DNA of 64,000 nt from Terriglobia bacterium (GCA_963797245.1 CAWCPE010000016.1:69912-133911); one strand, 5' to 3'. Shown: positions 9,466 through 19,092, numbered from the stretch's first letter. Translations and numbers: made by a program. The notes: generated by a model not told the origin, from the sequence alone.

Positions 9466-10131
9466 ATGCTGGAAGCCAGTCACGTTTCGAAAGCCTACGC
9501 GACCGCGGCCGGGCCGCTCCCGATTCTCGCCGAAGTTTCGCTGTCGTTGAATCAGGGTGACGCGATTGCGATCGTAGGTCCGTCGGGCTCCGGGAAAAGC
9601 ACGCTGCTGTATATTCTGGGCGCGCTCGAACCGCCGGATGGCGGGACGGTCACGCTCGATGGCGTGAATCCGTTCACATTGTCGGAAAACGATCTTTCGG
9701 CGTTCCGGAACAAACAGGCCGGATTTGTTTTTCAGGATCACTGCCTGCTTCCGCAACTGACGGTACTTGAAAATGTGCTGATTCCCGCGATGGTCGCCAA
9801 GCTCAATGACGCGGTGCGGGCGAAGGCGCGCGCGTTGCTCGATCAGGTGGGGCTCTCCAAGCGCCTGGACCATCGTCCGGCCGAGCTTTCGGGCGGCGAA
9901 AAACAACGCGTGGCCATCGCGCGCGCGCTGATTCGCGATCCCAAGCTTCTGTTGTGCGATGAACCGACCGGCAATCTTGACCGGCATACGGCCGCGCAGG
10001 TGGCCGATCTGCTGCTCGAAATCAACCGGGCATCGAAAACGATTCTGATCGTGGTGACGCACAGCACCGAACTGGCCGCGCGTTTCCCGGCGACGTGGGA
10101 ACTGGTCGAAGGAACCTTGGTCAAGCGATGA
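9466..10131 (+). CDS. ABC transporter ATP-binding protein (LolD/MacB-type)
   Basis: Walker A GPSGSGKST, signature LSGGEKQRVAIARAL, Walker B LLLCDEPTGNLD. Confidence 0.9.
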   Translation: MLEASHVSKAYATAAGPLPILAEVSLSLNQGDAIAIVGPSGSGKSTLLYILGALEPPDGGTVTLDGVNPFTLSENDLSAFRNKQAGFVFQDHCLLPQLTVLENVLIPAMVAKLNDAVRAKARALLDQVGLSKRLDHRPAELSGGEKQRVAIARALIRDPKLLLCDEPTGNLDRHTAAQVADLLLEINRASKTILIVVTHSTELAARFPATWELVEGTLVKR

Positions 10132-10538
10132 AAATCGACGGAATTGTCGAGACCGCGCTGGATGTCGCCGACGTCGCGCGCTCGGCCGAATTCTACCAGC
10201 GTCTGTTCGGGCTCGAACGTATCGCCGGCGACGACCGTTTCTGCGCCTTCGCGATTCCGGGCAACGCGGTATTGCTGTTGTTCCAGAAAGGTGGCGCCTA
10301 TCAACCGATCCCCACGCCCGGCGGCATGATTCCGCCGCACGACGGGTCTGGCCGGATGCATTTTGCGTTCAAGATCTCTGCCGATTCCGTGGAGGCGTGC
10401 GAGCGGGAGTTGGCCTTGCAAGGCATCCCGATCGAGAGCACCGTCGATTGGCCGCGCGGCGGGGTGAGCCTGTATTTTCGCGATCCGGACGAGCACCTGG
10501 TGGAGCTGATCACGCCCGGCTGTTGGGAAAATTATTAA
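10128..10538 (+). CDS. VOC/glyoxalase-family protein
   Basis: MKIDGIVETALDVADVARSAEFYQRLFGL... is a typical glyoxalase/bleomycin-resistance fold N-terminus. I chose the ATG at 10128 (ATGA overlap with the ABC stop) over track start 10095. Its TAA overlaps the ATG of the permease (TAATG). Confidence 0.75.
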   Translation: MKIDGIVETALDVADVARSAEFYQRLFGLERIAGDDRFCAFAIPGNAVLLLFQKGGAYQPIPTPGGMIPPHDGSGRMHFAFKISADSVEACERELALQGIPIESTVDWPRGGVSLYFRDPDEHLVELITPGCWENY

Positions 10539-13500
10539 TGTTGGTTTGGCGCAACCTCGTGTATTTTCGCCGCACGAACCTGGCGGTCATCGCCGGCGTG
10601 GCGACCGCGGTCGCGGTATTGAGCGGAGCGCTGCTGGTGGGTGATTCGGTGCGCGGGAGCTTGCGCGATCTTGCGCTGGCGCGGCTCGGAAAAACGCAAG
10701 CGGTGGTTTCCAGCGGCGGATTTTTTCGTGAAAAACTTTCCGACGAAGCCGCCGGCTCCGCGCCGATGATCGTGCTGCAGGGGATCGTCACCCATGACAA
10801 GGACCATCGACGGGCGGACAGCGTTTCGATCTACGGCGTCGACGATCGGTTCTGGAAATTTCACGGCATCGCGCCTCCGGAAGGATCCGGTGCGCAAGTG
10901 AGCGACGCGCTGGCGCGCGAGCTGAACCTCGCCGCTGGGGATACCATTCTGGTTCGTGTCGAAAAACCATCGGCGATTCCCACCGAATCGCTGGTCGGGC
11001 GCAAGGAAGATTCCGGCAAAACCATTCGTCTCGATGCCGGGGCGATTCTCGATCGCGCGCACCTGGGGGAATTTTCGCTGCGGCCCACGCAAGGCGACGT
11101 GTATGCGGTTTTTATCCCGCTGCGCCGGCTTCAACGCGAGCTCGCCGAACCCGCACACGTAAACACAATTCTGCTTGCGTCGGGCGCTTTTCCAAAACAA
11201 AGTGTCACCCTCGGCGATCTGGGAATCAAAATTCGCGCGCTCGCGAACGCATTATCAATCGAGAGCGACAGCGCGGTGTTCAATGACGCGCTGGTCGACA
11301 AAGTGAAACAGGTGGACCCGAGCGCCCAGCCCGTGTTCAGTTATCTTGCCAACGCAATCCGCATCGGCGGGCGCGAAGTTCCGTATTCGCTGGTGACTGC
11401 GATGGGCGATCGACCCGGGTTGGTTCTGGACGATTGGGCAGCCAAGGATCTGGGCGCGAAAGTCGGCGACGCCGTGACGCTTGAATATTATTACTGGGAG
11501 CCGTCGGGCAGCCTGATCACGCGCACCGCGACATTTCCTTTGACCGGCATTCTGCCAATGACCGGCCTCGCCGTCGATCGTGACCTGGTTCCCGAATACC
11601 CCGGCATCACCAACGCCGACACGATCGGTTCCTGGGACCCTCCGTTCCCGGTCGATTTAAAGCGCGTCCGGCCGCGCGATGAAGATTACTGGAAGAAGTA
11701 TCGGACTGCGCCGAAGGCGTTCATCGGTTTGAAGGCCGGTCAGGATTTATGGGGATCGCGATTCGGCAAAGTCACCTCGATCCGCATTGACGACACAACG
11801 GATGCCGCCGCGTTCTCGGCGAAGCTGCGTGCGGCGATCGATCCGGCGCAGCTTGGGATGGCGGTGTTCGATCCGCGCGCGCAATCGCTTGCTTCGGCGC
11901 AGGGGTCGACCGATTTCGGCCAGTATTTCACGTATTTCAGTTTCTTTCTGGTGGTTTCCGCGCTGCTGCTGGCCGGATTATTTTTTCAATTGGGAATCGA
12001 GCAGCGGCTGCGCGAGATCGGCACGCTGCGCGCCGTTGGATTTTCGCCGGGGCGCATCCGAGGCATCTTCCTCGCCGAAGGATTTTTCCTGGCAGTCGCG
12101 GGGTCCATCGTGGGAACCGCGGGAGCGCTCGCCTACGGATGGTTCTTGCTGTACGGCCTGAAAACCTGGTGGCGCGGAGCGGTGGGAACCAGTCTGCTGA
12201 CGCTGCATGTTTCGGCGGAATCGCTGGCCGGCGGCGCGATCGGAGGAGTGCTGATCGCGTGGCTGTGCATTCTGATCACTCTGCGCAGCCTGCGCCATGC
12301 GAGTCCGCGCGATCTGCTGGCCGGAACGCGAGGCACGCCAAGAGTCGCTCACGCGACGCGCTGGTTGAGCATCGTTGCGCTGATGTCGGCGATCGGCGGA
12401 ATCGCGATGGTCGCGATGGCGTTCGCCAAAGCGATCGACAACTCGGCGGGATTTTTCGGCGCGGGCACGCTCCTGCTGATCGCGGCGATTTTCTGGCAGT
12501 GGGCGCGTCTGCGCGAGCATTACGGCCTGGTCGAAACCATCCGCGCACTGGGATTCCGGAATGCAAGCTTCAAACCCGGGCGCAGCGTGCTGTCGATCGC
12601 ACTGATCGCTTCGGCCGTGTTTTTGGTGGTCGCGTTGGACGCCTTCCGGCAAGCCCCAGTTTCGGCATCCGATCCGAAATCCGGCGCGGGAGGTTTTCCG
12701 TTCGCCGCCGAATCGCAGCTGCCTCTGTTCTGGGACCCCAACACGTCCGCCGGCCGCGAGAATCTCAACATCGCCAACCTCGGCGACGCGAAATTCTACG
12801 CGTTCCGCCTGCGTCCCGGCGACGATTCGAGCTGCCTCAACCTATATGAACCGCGCACCCCGCGCATTCTCGGCGCACGCGAGGATTTTATCCGGTTGGG
12901 CCGCTTCTCGTTTACCGAATCTTCGGGTGAAAAGAAAAACCCGTGGCTGCTTCTGGACCAGCCGCAGGCCGACGGCTCCATTCCCGCCGTCGCCGACGCC
13001 AATTCGATCACCTACATACTGCATAAGAACCTCGGCGACACCATCGACGTGAACGGCGTGAAGTTGAAGCTGGTGGCCGCGCTCGACGACAGCATTTTTC
13101 AGAGCGAAGTGATCGTCTCCGAGAAGAATTTCACGCGCGCGTTTCCCGAGGTCCAGGGATTTCGTTATTTTCTGATCGACGGTCCGCCCGCCGTTCAAAC
13201 GGCGCTCGCGGATGGTCTCGCCGACTACGGATTCAACGTCCAGTCGACCACCGAACGCCTGGCCGCGTTTCATCGCGTCGAGAACACGTATCTATCCACG
13301 TTCCAGGCCCTGGGCGGATTGGGATTGATTCTCGGCACGCTCGGGCTGGGCGCGGTGCTGTTAAGAAATGTCATGGAGCGCCGCAAAGAGCTGGCTCTGC
13401 TGCGCGCGGTCGGGTACCGGCCCGCGCATTTGCAACGGATGGTGATCGCCGAGAACGCGTTTCTGCTGCTGACCGGCATTGCGATCGGCACGGTCTGCGC

Positions 13501-13666
13501 GCTGATCGCGATCGCGCCCGCGTTTTTCGAGCGTGGCGGGCATTTACCGGATCCTTCGCTCGCGCTCCTGTTGCTGGCCGTGCCGTTGGCGGGAATGCTC
13601 GCATCGCTGGCCGCGGTGCGCGCGGTGGCAAGAGCGCCGGTCCTCGAAACGCTGCGCGCCGAGTAG
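10538..13666 (+). CDS. Large FtsX-family ABC transporter permease (two FtsX modules)
   Basis: In-frame ATG at 10538 gives MLVWRNLVYFRRTNLAVIAGVATAVAVLSGALLVGDSVRGSL, a canonical FtsX/MacB permease start. A second FtsX module lies near the C-terminus (LALLRAVGYRPAHLQRMVIAENAFLLL). The track start 10397 overlaps the VOC gene and is R-rich. Confidence 0.8.
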   Translation: MLVWRNLVYFRRTNLAVIAGVATAVAVLSGALLVGDSVRGSLRDLALARLGKTQAVVSSGGFFREKLSDEAAGSAPMIVLQGIVTHDKDHRRADSVSIYGVDDRFWKFHGIAPPEGSGAQVSDALARELNLAAGDTILVRVEKPSAIPTESLVGRKEDSGKTIRLDAGAILDRAHLGEFSLRPTQGDVYAVFIPLRRLQRELAEPAHVNTILLASGAFPKQSVTLGDLGIKIRALANALSIESDSAVFNDALVDKVKQVDPSAQPVFSYLANAIRIGGREVPYSLVTAMGDRPGLVLDDWAAKDLGAKVGDAVTLEYYYWEPSGSLITRTATFPLTGILPMTGLAVDRDLVPEYPGITNADTIGSWDPPFPVDLKRVRPRDEDYWKKYRTAPKAFIGLKAGQDLWGSRFGKVTSIRIDDTTDAAAFSAKLRAAIDPAQLGMAVFDPRAQSLASAQGSTDFGQYFTYFSFFLVVSALLLAGLFFQLGIEQRLREIGTLRAVGFSPGRIRGIFLAEGFFLAVAGSIVGTAGALAYGWFLLYGLKTWWRGAVGTSLLTLHVSAESLAGGAIGGVLIAWLCILITLRSLRHASPRDLLAGTRGTPRVAHATRWLSIVALMSAIGGIAMVAMAFAKAIDNSAGFFGAGTLLLIAAIFWQWARLREHYGLVETIRALGFRNASFKPGRSVLSIALIASAVFLVVALDAFRQAPVSASDPKSGAGGFPFAAESQLPLFWDPNTSAGRENLNIANLGDAKFYAFRLRPGDDSSCLNLYEPRTPRILGAREDFIRLGRFSFTESSGEKKNPWLLLDQPQADGSIPAVADANSITYILHKNLGDTIDVNGVKLKLVAALDDSIFQSEVIVSEKNFTRAFPEVQGFRYFLIDGPPAVQTALADGLADYGFNVQSTTERLAAFHRVENTYLSTFQALGGLGLILGTLGLGAVLLRNVMERRKELALLRAVGYRPAHLQRMVIAENAFLLLTGIAIGTVCALIAIAPAFFERGGHLPDPSLALLLLAVPLAGMLASLAAVRAVARAPVLETLRAE

Positions 13667-13675
13667 CGCGAGAAT

Positions 13676-14551
13676 TCAGCGCAGCCACCAACCCAGCGAG
13701 TCCGAAGCCGCCGTGAAAAATTGTAGGGCGCCGGTAGGCGACGGAGAGTGCGGATCTTGCGTCCAGTTTCCTTCCGGCACATACGAAGGGTCGTGATACA
13801 CCCACACCTGTCCGTTGGCGGATTCCGAGTGGGCCAGAATGGGTTCGCTGGCGATCAATTCGAAATTGGCGTTATCGATGTTGAAGCGCAGGCGTCGTCC
13901 TTCGACAGTTCCCGCGTTAATAAAAGGATACGCGGCCACCGGCTCCAGCGAAAAGAAATACCCGCCCTGGCCGGGGAGATACAGCATCACGAACTTTCCC
14001 GCCACCGTGGCTGGCGGGGAAGGGCCCGAAATCCGCTGCCCGTTCAGCAAAACGCGCGCGCCTGCCAGGCGCAGTAAGCCCGACCCGCCGTTCGCGTTCA
14101 CGTTCAACTTCACACGGACCGTGTCGGTCAGCTGGATTCCCATGCCTGGAATTTCGAATAAGCCGAGAAATGCGCTCTCCCCGGAATTCAAGGAGCCGAG
14201 CGGGTGATCGGCGGAAAGGGTCGGAACCGGCTTGCCCGCGTCGGCATCGGGATAGCGCGCGGCAAATTCGTTTTCAACCGGCATGGCGGTTGCCGTCAGC
14301 GCCTGGCCGCCCGCGGCGAGATCCACCTTCAATTCGTAGGCGAATACCGCCAACTTGTTCTGATCGCGGAAGATACGGTAGAAACTGTGGCCCGAAGCGC
14401 GAGCCATTTCAACGCTCAACTGCTCCTGCCCGGTCGGCTTGCCGAGATCGGCGATGACCTCCAGTTGGACCCCGTTACTGACGTTGATCACGGAGGATAC
14501 CTGCGCAAACGCGACGAAATTCGCGACCAGCAGTGTGCCCAGATACTTCAC
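13676..14551 (-). CDS. Hypothetical secreted protein
   Basis: 291-aa ORF with signal-like N-terminus MKYLGTLLVANFVAFAQ. Normal amino-acid composition. No family recognised. Confidence 0.55.
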   Translation of the reverse strand: MKYLGTLLVANFVAFAQVSSVINVSNGVQLEVIADLGKPTGQEQLSVEMARASGHSFYRIFRDQNKLAVFAYELKVDLAAGGQALTATAMPVENEFAARYPDADAGKPVPTLSADHPLGSLNSGESAFLGLFEIPGMGIQLTDTVRVKLNVNANGGSGLLRLAGARVLLNGQRISGPSPPATVAGKFVMLYLPGQGGYFFSLEPVAAYPFINAGTVEGRRLRFNIDNANFELIASEPILAHSESANGQVWVYHDPSYVPEGNWTQDPHSPSPTGALQFFTAASDSLGWWLR

Positions 14552-14600
14552 CTTTCTATTATCCGCCGAAGGCCCCCTCTCAAGCTATGAGTCATTCCTT

Positions 14601-14714
14601 AGGAGCTTGTTGAAAAAGGGGACAGACCGCTCTGTCCACGCCGGAGGCTGCTTCTGCAATCAGACGTTTGCGATCGGGGACAGAGTAGTCTGTCCCCTTT
14701 TTCAACAAGCTCTT
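14601..14714. repeat. Structured palindromic repeat, family B copy 1
   Basis: AGGAGCTTGTTGAAAAAGGGGACAGA...TCTGTCCCCTTTTTCAACAAGCTCTT. Near-identical copy at 41977-42089 (6 substitutions and 1 indel by manual alignment). Outer inverted repeat plus two inner GGACAGA/TCTGTCC hairpins. Confidence 0.85.
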
Positions 14715-14835
14715 AGTACTGATACCTCATACAAATCCCTCTAGTACTAGACATTAGGGGTACCCCATACTACGGCGTTATTGGTACCTATGACCTAAAG
14801 ACAGGACGCCGGTTTAGCCGATATAAGAGAACAGA

Positions 14836-15342
14836 ATGACAAGTGTCGATACGGCTCTTCGGCGACGTCGAAAAACACAAGGGGGCAATGCCCTGGTGGA
14901 AGGTGCGCTGACCCTTCTTCCTCTGCTTGCCGTCGGGTTCGCGCTGCTCGACTTTCCTCTGGCGCTCTTCATCCAGAACACGCTGCAAGGCGCGGTTCGG
15001 GAAGGCGTGCGCTTCGCCATTACCCAGCAGACCGGAGCGAACGGACAGGACGCCGCCATTGAAGCGGTGGTGCTCCAGTATTCTATGGGATTTCTGACCA
15101 CGGCGGCGATTACGGCGGGGACTTCCAGTTTTTCGATCACGTATTACGATCCAACCAGCTCGCTTTCGACGCCGGTGACCGGCGTGGGAAGCAACGGTCA
15201 AGGAAATATTTGCGTGGTGAGCGCCACCATCAAACACGCCTTCATGGCGCCGATCTGGCAGACCACCGGGTTGATCCCGTTCAGCGCCACGTCGTCCGAC
15301 ATGATGGAAGCGCCGCCCAACGGCGTTTTGCCGGGACGCTGA
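14836..15342 (+). CDS. TadE-like (Flp pilus assembly) protein
   Basis: N-terminus RRRRKTQGGNALVEGALTLLPLLAVGFALLDFPLALF matches the TadE-like motif (basic stretch, G-x-x-x-VE, hydrophobic helix). Confidence 0.7.
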   Translation: MTSVDTALRRRRKTQGGNALVEGALTLLPLLAVGFALLDFPLALFIQNTLQGAVREGVRFAITQQTGANGQDAAIEAVVLQYSMGFLTTAAITAGTSSFSITYYDPTSSLSTPVTGVGSNGQGNICVVSATIKHAFMAPIWQTTGLIPFSATSSDMMEAPPNGVLPGR

Positions 15343-15343
15343 T

Positions 15344-16075
15344 ATGAAGATGATGATGAACACTCGTTTTGCGGTTACGCCGCGCCGCCGGAAGCAAAGC
15401 GGCAGCACGATTCTCGAACTGGCGATCATCTTTCCGCTGCTGACGCTGCTCTTGTTCGGCACCGTCGGGCTGGGGGTGATGCTCGGCCGTTTCATTACCG
15501 CCGAACAGATTTGCCGCGACGCCGCCCACATGTACTCCGATGGAGTCGACTTTTCCCAGACCAATAATCAGAACATCATCATTCAGCAGCTTGCCAACGG
15601 AACCGGAATCACGGCAACCGGCGGCAACGGGATCATCATTTTTTCGCAGATCCAGACGGTCTATCAGGCCGATTGCAATGCGGCATCCCAGACCTGCACC
15701 AACCTGGGCCTGCCGGTTTTCGTGCAGCGTTTATACATCGGAAAGCAGTCGCTCAAATCCAGCACTTTCGGGACGCCGGCCGCGGGGGATATGGACGCCC
15801 AAGGCAACATCGCGGCTTCGATTTATATGACCAACTCGGATCCCAACGTCAAGACCACGAATTTCATCGGCCAGTTGGATAACGCAATTTCGCGCGCCGG
15901 AGGATCGACGCCGGGGGCATCGCCCTCCTGCGGCGCGCTCAACGCCGCCACAACCTGCGCGCAGGCTCAGGACAACCCCGCCTATGTGTGCGAGGTCTAC
16001 TTCACCTATCCGGACATCGGATTCCTGGGGTGGTCGACCGCGGGCGGCGCGTACGCACGGTTCATTTTTCAGTAG
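15344..16075 (+). CDS. TadE-like (Flp pilus assembly) protein
   Basis: PRRRKQSGSTILELAIIFPLLTLLLFGTVGLGV is a TadE-like N-terminal motif. Starts 1 nt after the upstream stop. Confidence 0.7.
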   Translation: MKMMMNTRFAVTPRRRKQSGSTILELAIIFPLLTLLLFGTVGLGVMLGRFITAEQICRDAAHMYSDGVDFSQTNNQNIIIQQLANGTGITATGGNGIIIFSQIQTVYQADCNAASQTCTNLGLPVFVQRLYIGKQSLKSSTFGTPAAGDMDAQGNIAASIYMTNSDPNVKTTNFIGQLDNAISRAGGSTPGASPSCGALNAATTCAQAQDNPAYVCEVYFTYPDIGFLGWSTAGGAYARFIFQ

Positions 16076-16087
16076 GGGACGACACTT

Positions 16088-17602
16088 ATGAGAGCTCCTA
16101 GATTTGCCCGGCAGAGCGGCTTCGCCCTGTATATGGCCACGCTGATGATGCTGATGATCATTCCGATGATCGGCCTCGCCATCGATGCCAGCCTGCTGTA
16201 CGTGGTAAAGACACGCCTGCAGGGCGCGGTGGACGGCGCCGCGCTCGCCGGCGCACATGCGCTCTCGCATGGCAGCGACAGCGCCACCGAACTCACCGCC
16301 GCGACGGTCGCCGCCCAGACCTACGTCAAGCTCAATTACCCGAGCACGTTCTTCTTCAGCCAGGACGTGGTGCTGAACGCGACCACTGGCGTGGTGATCG
16401 ATGAGTCGGTGCAGTATCAGCGGACGGTCACCGTGACCGCTTCGGTGGTCGAGCCGACCCTGTTCATGCAGTGGCTGCACTTCATGTCGAACACGGTGTT
16501 CGCGACCGCCTCCACAGTCCGCAAGGACGTGAACATCATGATGGTGATGGACCGTTCCAATTCGCTCGCAGCCAGCGGATCCTGCGCACCGCTGATCGCC
16601 GCGGCGCAGAATTTCGTCGGGCAGTTTTCGCCGGGCAACGACAATGTCGGCCTGGTCACCTTCGCCAGCACTACTTATCTGAACTTCCCGCCCGCCACCA
16701 CCTTCGCTTCGGCTAGTCCGGATGTGGTGACCATGCTGGGCAATATCGCCTGCTCGGGTTCCACCAGCACCGCGAACGGGTTGTGGATGGGTTATCAGCA
16801 GCTCATCGCGCTGAACGAGACCTCAGCGTTGAACGTCATCCTCCTGTTCACCGACGGCGACCCTACGGCGGGGACCTTCAACATGCCGGTGGCCAACTCC
16901 AGCCCATGCTCGGCGTACACGCACGGCAGCCCGACCGGCGCCGGCGGCTACACCCTTCCGGGCACAGCGCACGGCTATATCACCGGACTGTGGAACTCGT
17001 TTACCGGAGTCTCGCCACAGGCGTTCTTCGGGCTTCTCAACCAGAGTGATCCGAACGCCCCCAGCGGCGGGGAGCAGGTGAGTACCAACGGCGACAACTA
17101 CTTCGCTCCGAATTCGACCGGCTGCGCCTATTATACCGGCACCCCAGTCAATAGCAGCCAGTGCATCACCAGCGATTTTACCGGCCTGCCGCTCACCGAT
17201 ATCTACGGCAATTCCACCACCGATTCCGGCTATCAGGCCACCACCACGAACGCCACCGGAATGATCAATCTTGGCGCCGGCGGCACCGGCTGCCCAACTA
17301 GCGCCAACGCCACTGCGGTGGCCCTGAACATCGCCGATAATGCGGCATCCCGAATACGATCCGGGACCACCGACCCGGTCTCCGGCAAGGGCTTGAGCGG
17401 GATCATTATTTTCTCGATCGGCCTCGGCAACGCCGCGGTACCTTTCAGCCCGACGTTCCTCGAACGCGTTTCGAACGATCCGCGCAGCCCCATTTACGAC
17501 AGCAGCGAGCCGGCCGGCTTGTATGTTTACGCCGCGACCTCGGCCGATCTTCAATCCGCTTTCGCCGCCGTCGCGTCAGAAGTTCTGCGCCTGGCGAAGT
17601 AA
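16088..17602 (+). CDS. TadG-like pilus assembly protein with vWA domain
   Basis: N-terminus RQSGFALYMATLMMLMIIPMIGLAIDASLLYVVKTRLQGAVDGAALAGA (TadG-like). MIDAS-like DRSNS in VNIMMVMDRSNSLAASGSC plus LLFTDGDPT is typical of vWA. Confidence 0.7.
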   Translation: MRAPRFARQSGFALYMATLMMLMIIPMIGLAIDASLLYVVKTRLQGAVDGAALAGAHALSHGSDSATELTAATVAAQTYVKLNYPSTFFFSQDVVLNATTGVVIDESVQYQRTVTVTASVVEPTLFMQWLHFMSNTVFATASTVRKDVNIMMVMDRSNSLAASGSCAPLIAAAQNFVGQFSPGNDNVGLVTFASTTYLNFPPATTFASASPDVVTMLGNIACSGSTSTANGLWMGYQQLIALNETSALNVILLFTDGDPTAGTFNMPVANSSPCSAYTHGSPTGAGGYTLPGTAHGYITGLWNSFTGVSPQAFFGLLNQSDPNAPSGGEQVSTNGDNYFAPNSTGCAYYTGTPVNSSQCITSDFTGLPLTDIYGNSTTDSGYQATTTNATGMINLGAGGTGCPTSANATAVALNIADNAASRIRSGTTDPVSGKGLSGIIIFSIGLGNAAVPFSPTFLERVSNDPRSPIYDSSEPAGLYVYAATSADLQSAFAAVASEVLRLAK

Positions 17603-17679
17603 CTGCGTTATAATCCCCCGGTGGTGCGTGGGCGTCCGCCAATCCGTTGAGGCGGCCATCCTCGTATCCACAGTAACGC

Positions 17680-18294
17680 ATGGTGTGGAATTTCCTACCG
17701 TTCGGACTGGCCTTCGGCATCCTTCAGGTAGTGCTGCGCTTCAAGGATGACTCCGATCTGGCGCGGCGCCTCAAGAATCGCGATCCGCACGCCATGGCGG
17801 ACCTGTACGACCGCTACGGCCGGCTCGCATATTCTCTGATTTACCGCGTGGTGCGCGACAGCGGCGTGGCCGAGGACCTGGTGCAGGAAACGTTTCTGCG
17901 GGTGTGGAACCGCGTCCAGAGCTTCGATCAGGAGCGCGGCGCGCTGGGGCCGTGGATTCTGACGGTGGCCCGCAATCGAGCCATCGATTATCTGCGCAGC
18001 ACAGACGGCCGCATGACGGCGAGCGCGCTGGATCTCGACCGCACCGAAACGCCGGCCAGGTTCACCAATATCGAAGACAGCGCCTTGGCCATCGATCGCG
18101 CGCGGCGGCTCAAATCGGCGTTTGAAAAACTGACCGCGAATCAGCGGACGGTGATCGAGCTGGCCTATTACGAGGGGCTTTCGCAAACCGAAATGGCCGA
18201 GCGGATGAAGCAGCCGCTGGGGACCGTCAAGACCTGGGTTCGAACGGCGCTGAAGGCGCTTCGCGAGGAGCTTACGGAGCGCGCCATCGCATGA
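17680..18294 (+). CDS. ECF-type RNA polymerase sigma factor
   Basis: Region 2 DLVQETFLRVWNRVQSF...WILTVARNRAIDYLR and region 4 LSQTEMAERMKQPLGTVKTWVRTAL. Start is uncertain (an in-frame GTG at 17731 is also possible). Confidence 0.85.
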   Translation: MVWNFLPFGLAFGILQVVLRFKDDSDLARRLKNRDPHAMADLYDRYGRLAYSLIYRVVRDSGVAEDLVQETFLRVWNRVQSFDQERGALGPWILTVARNRAIDYLRSTDGRMTASALDLDRTETPARFTNIEDSALAIDRARRLKSAFEKLTANQRTVIELAYYEGLSQTEMAERMKQPLGTVKTWVRTALKALREELTERAIA

Positions 18295-19013
18295 GCTGCG
18301 AGGAGCTTAGGGAAATGTACGAACTGTACGCACTGGGACTTCTCGACGGCGACGAAAAAACGGAAATGGACGCCCACTTGCGGCGCGGCTGCGTCACCTG
18401 CCAGCAAAGCTTGAATGATGCGCAGGCCATCAACGCGGTGCTCCTTTCGTCAGTTCCGGTGGTCGAGCCGAGCGCCCGTGTGAAGCGCCGCTTGATGGCC
18501 AGTATGGGAATTCAGCCGGCGGGCTGGACCTGGGCGGCCGCCCTGGCCGCCGCGTGCCTGCTGATCGTCACGCTTTGGTTGAGCGACCAGGAGCGGACGC
18601 GCGCCAATGAGCTGGCGCAGACGCGCGGACAACTGATCCAGGTGGCTGGCGATCGCGATCGAGTACTTCAGGCGCTCAGTTTCCTGAATCAGCCGGACAC
18701 CAAACAGGTCGGATTCGGGAAAGGCGCGCGCGGCAACGTATTTCTGAACGCTTCTCGCGGGATCCTGCTGATTTCGTCCAATCTCCCGCGCCTGGAGCCG
18801 GGCAAGACTTTCGAGATGTGGGTGATTCCCAAAGGCGGCGCGCCGCGTCCGGCGGGACTTTTCGAAGCCAACGCCGATGGGACGGCGTTGCACGTCCTGG
18901 CCGGCGCAGTGGATCTCGCGTCGCTGGGCGCGGTCGCCGTTACGATTGAGCCCGAGGCCGGCTCGCCGGCCCCTACCACCACCCCCATCATCGCCGCCTC
19001 CATCAGCTTCTAG
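18291..19013 (+). CDS. Anti-sigma factor (zf-HC2 N-terminus, RskA-like C-terminal domain)
   Basis: ATGA overlap with the sigma gene. HLRRGCVTCQ (H-x3-C-x2-C), a central TM segment, and C-terminal KTFEMWVIPKGGAPRPAGLF...AVTIEPEAGSPAPT typical of anti-sigma-K/RskA. Confidence 0.8.
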   Translation: MSCEELREMYELYALGLLDGDEKTEMDAHLRRGCVTCQQSLNDAQAINAVLLSSVPVVEPSARVKRRLMASMGIQPAGWTWAAALAAACLLIVTLWLSDQERTRANELAQTRGQLIQVAGDRDRVLQALSFLNQPDTKQVGFGKGARGNVFLNASRGILLISSNLPRLEPGKTFEMWVIPKGGAPRPAGLFEANADGTALHVLAGAVDLASLGAVAVTIEPEAGSPAPTTTPIIAASISF

Positions 19014-19022
19014 CACGAGTCC

Positions 19023-19092
19023 GTGCGAAAAGTGGAGTTGATCCCCGCCGTGACGAGTGTGTGTGAAAAGTGGAGTTGATCCCCGCCGTGAC
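19023..19092 (+). repeat. Tandem direct repeat (2 x 32 nt, period 38)
   Basis: GTG(C/T)GAAAAGTGGAGTTGATCCCCGCCGTGAC occurs at 19023-19054 and 19061-19092, differing at one position. Confidence 0.85.

Noticed and set aside
14439-14744. ORFs spanning families B/C/D repeats (14439-14744, 34276-34584, 41098-42135, 46073-46429)
   Set aside because: The coding potential derives from the palindromic repeats and adjacent antisense sequence. No RBS and no motifs.
19023-19092. Possible CRISPR array
   Set aside because: There are only two repeat copies, separated by 6 nt. No spacers of CRISPR length and no cas genes lie in the window.
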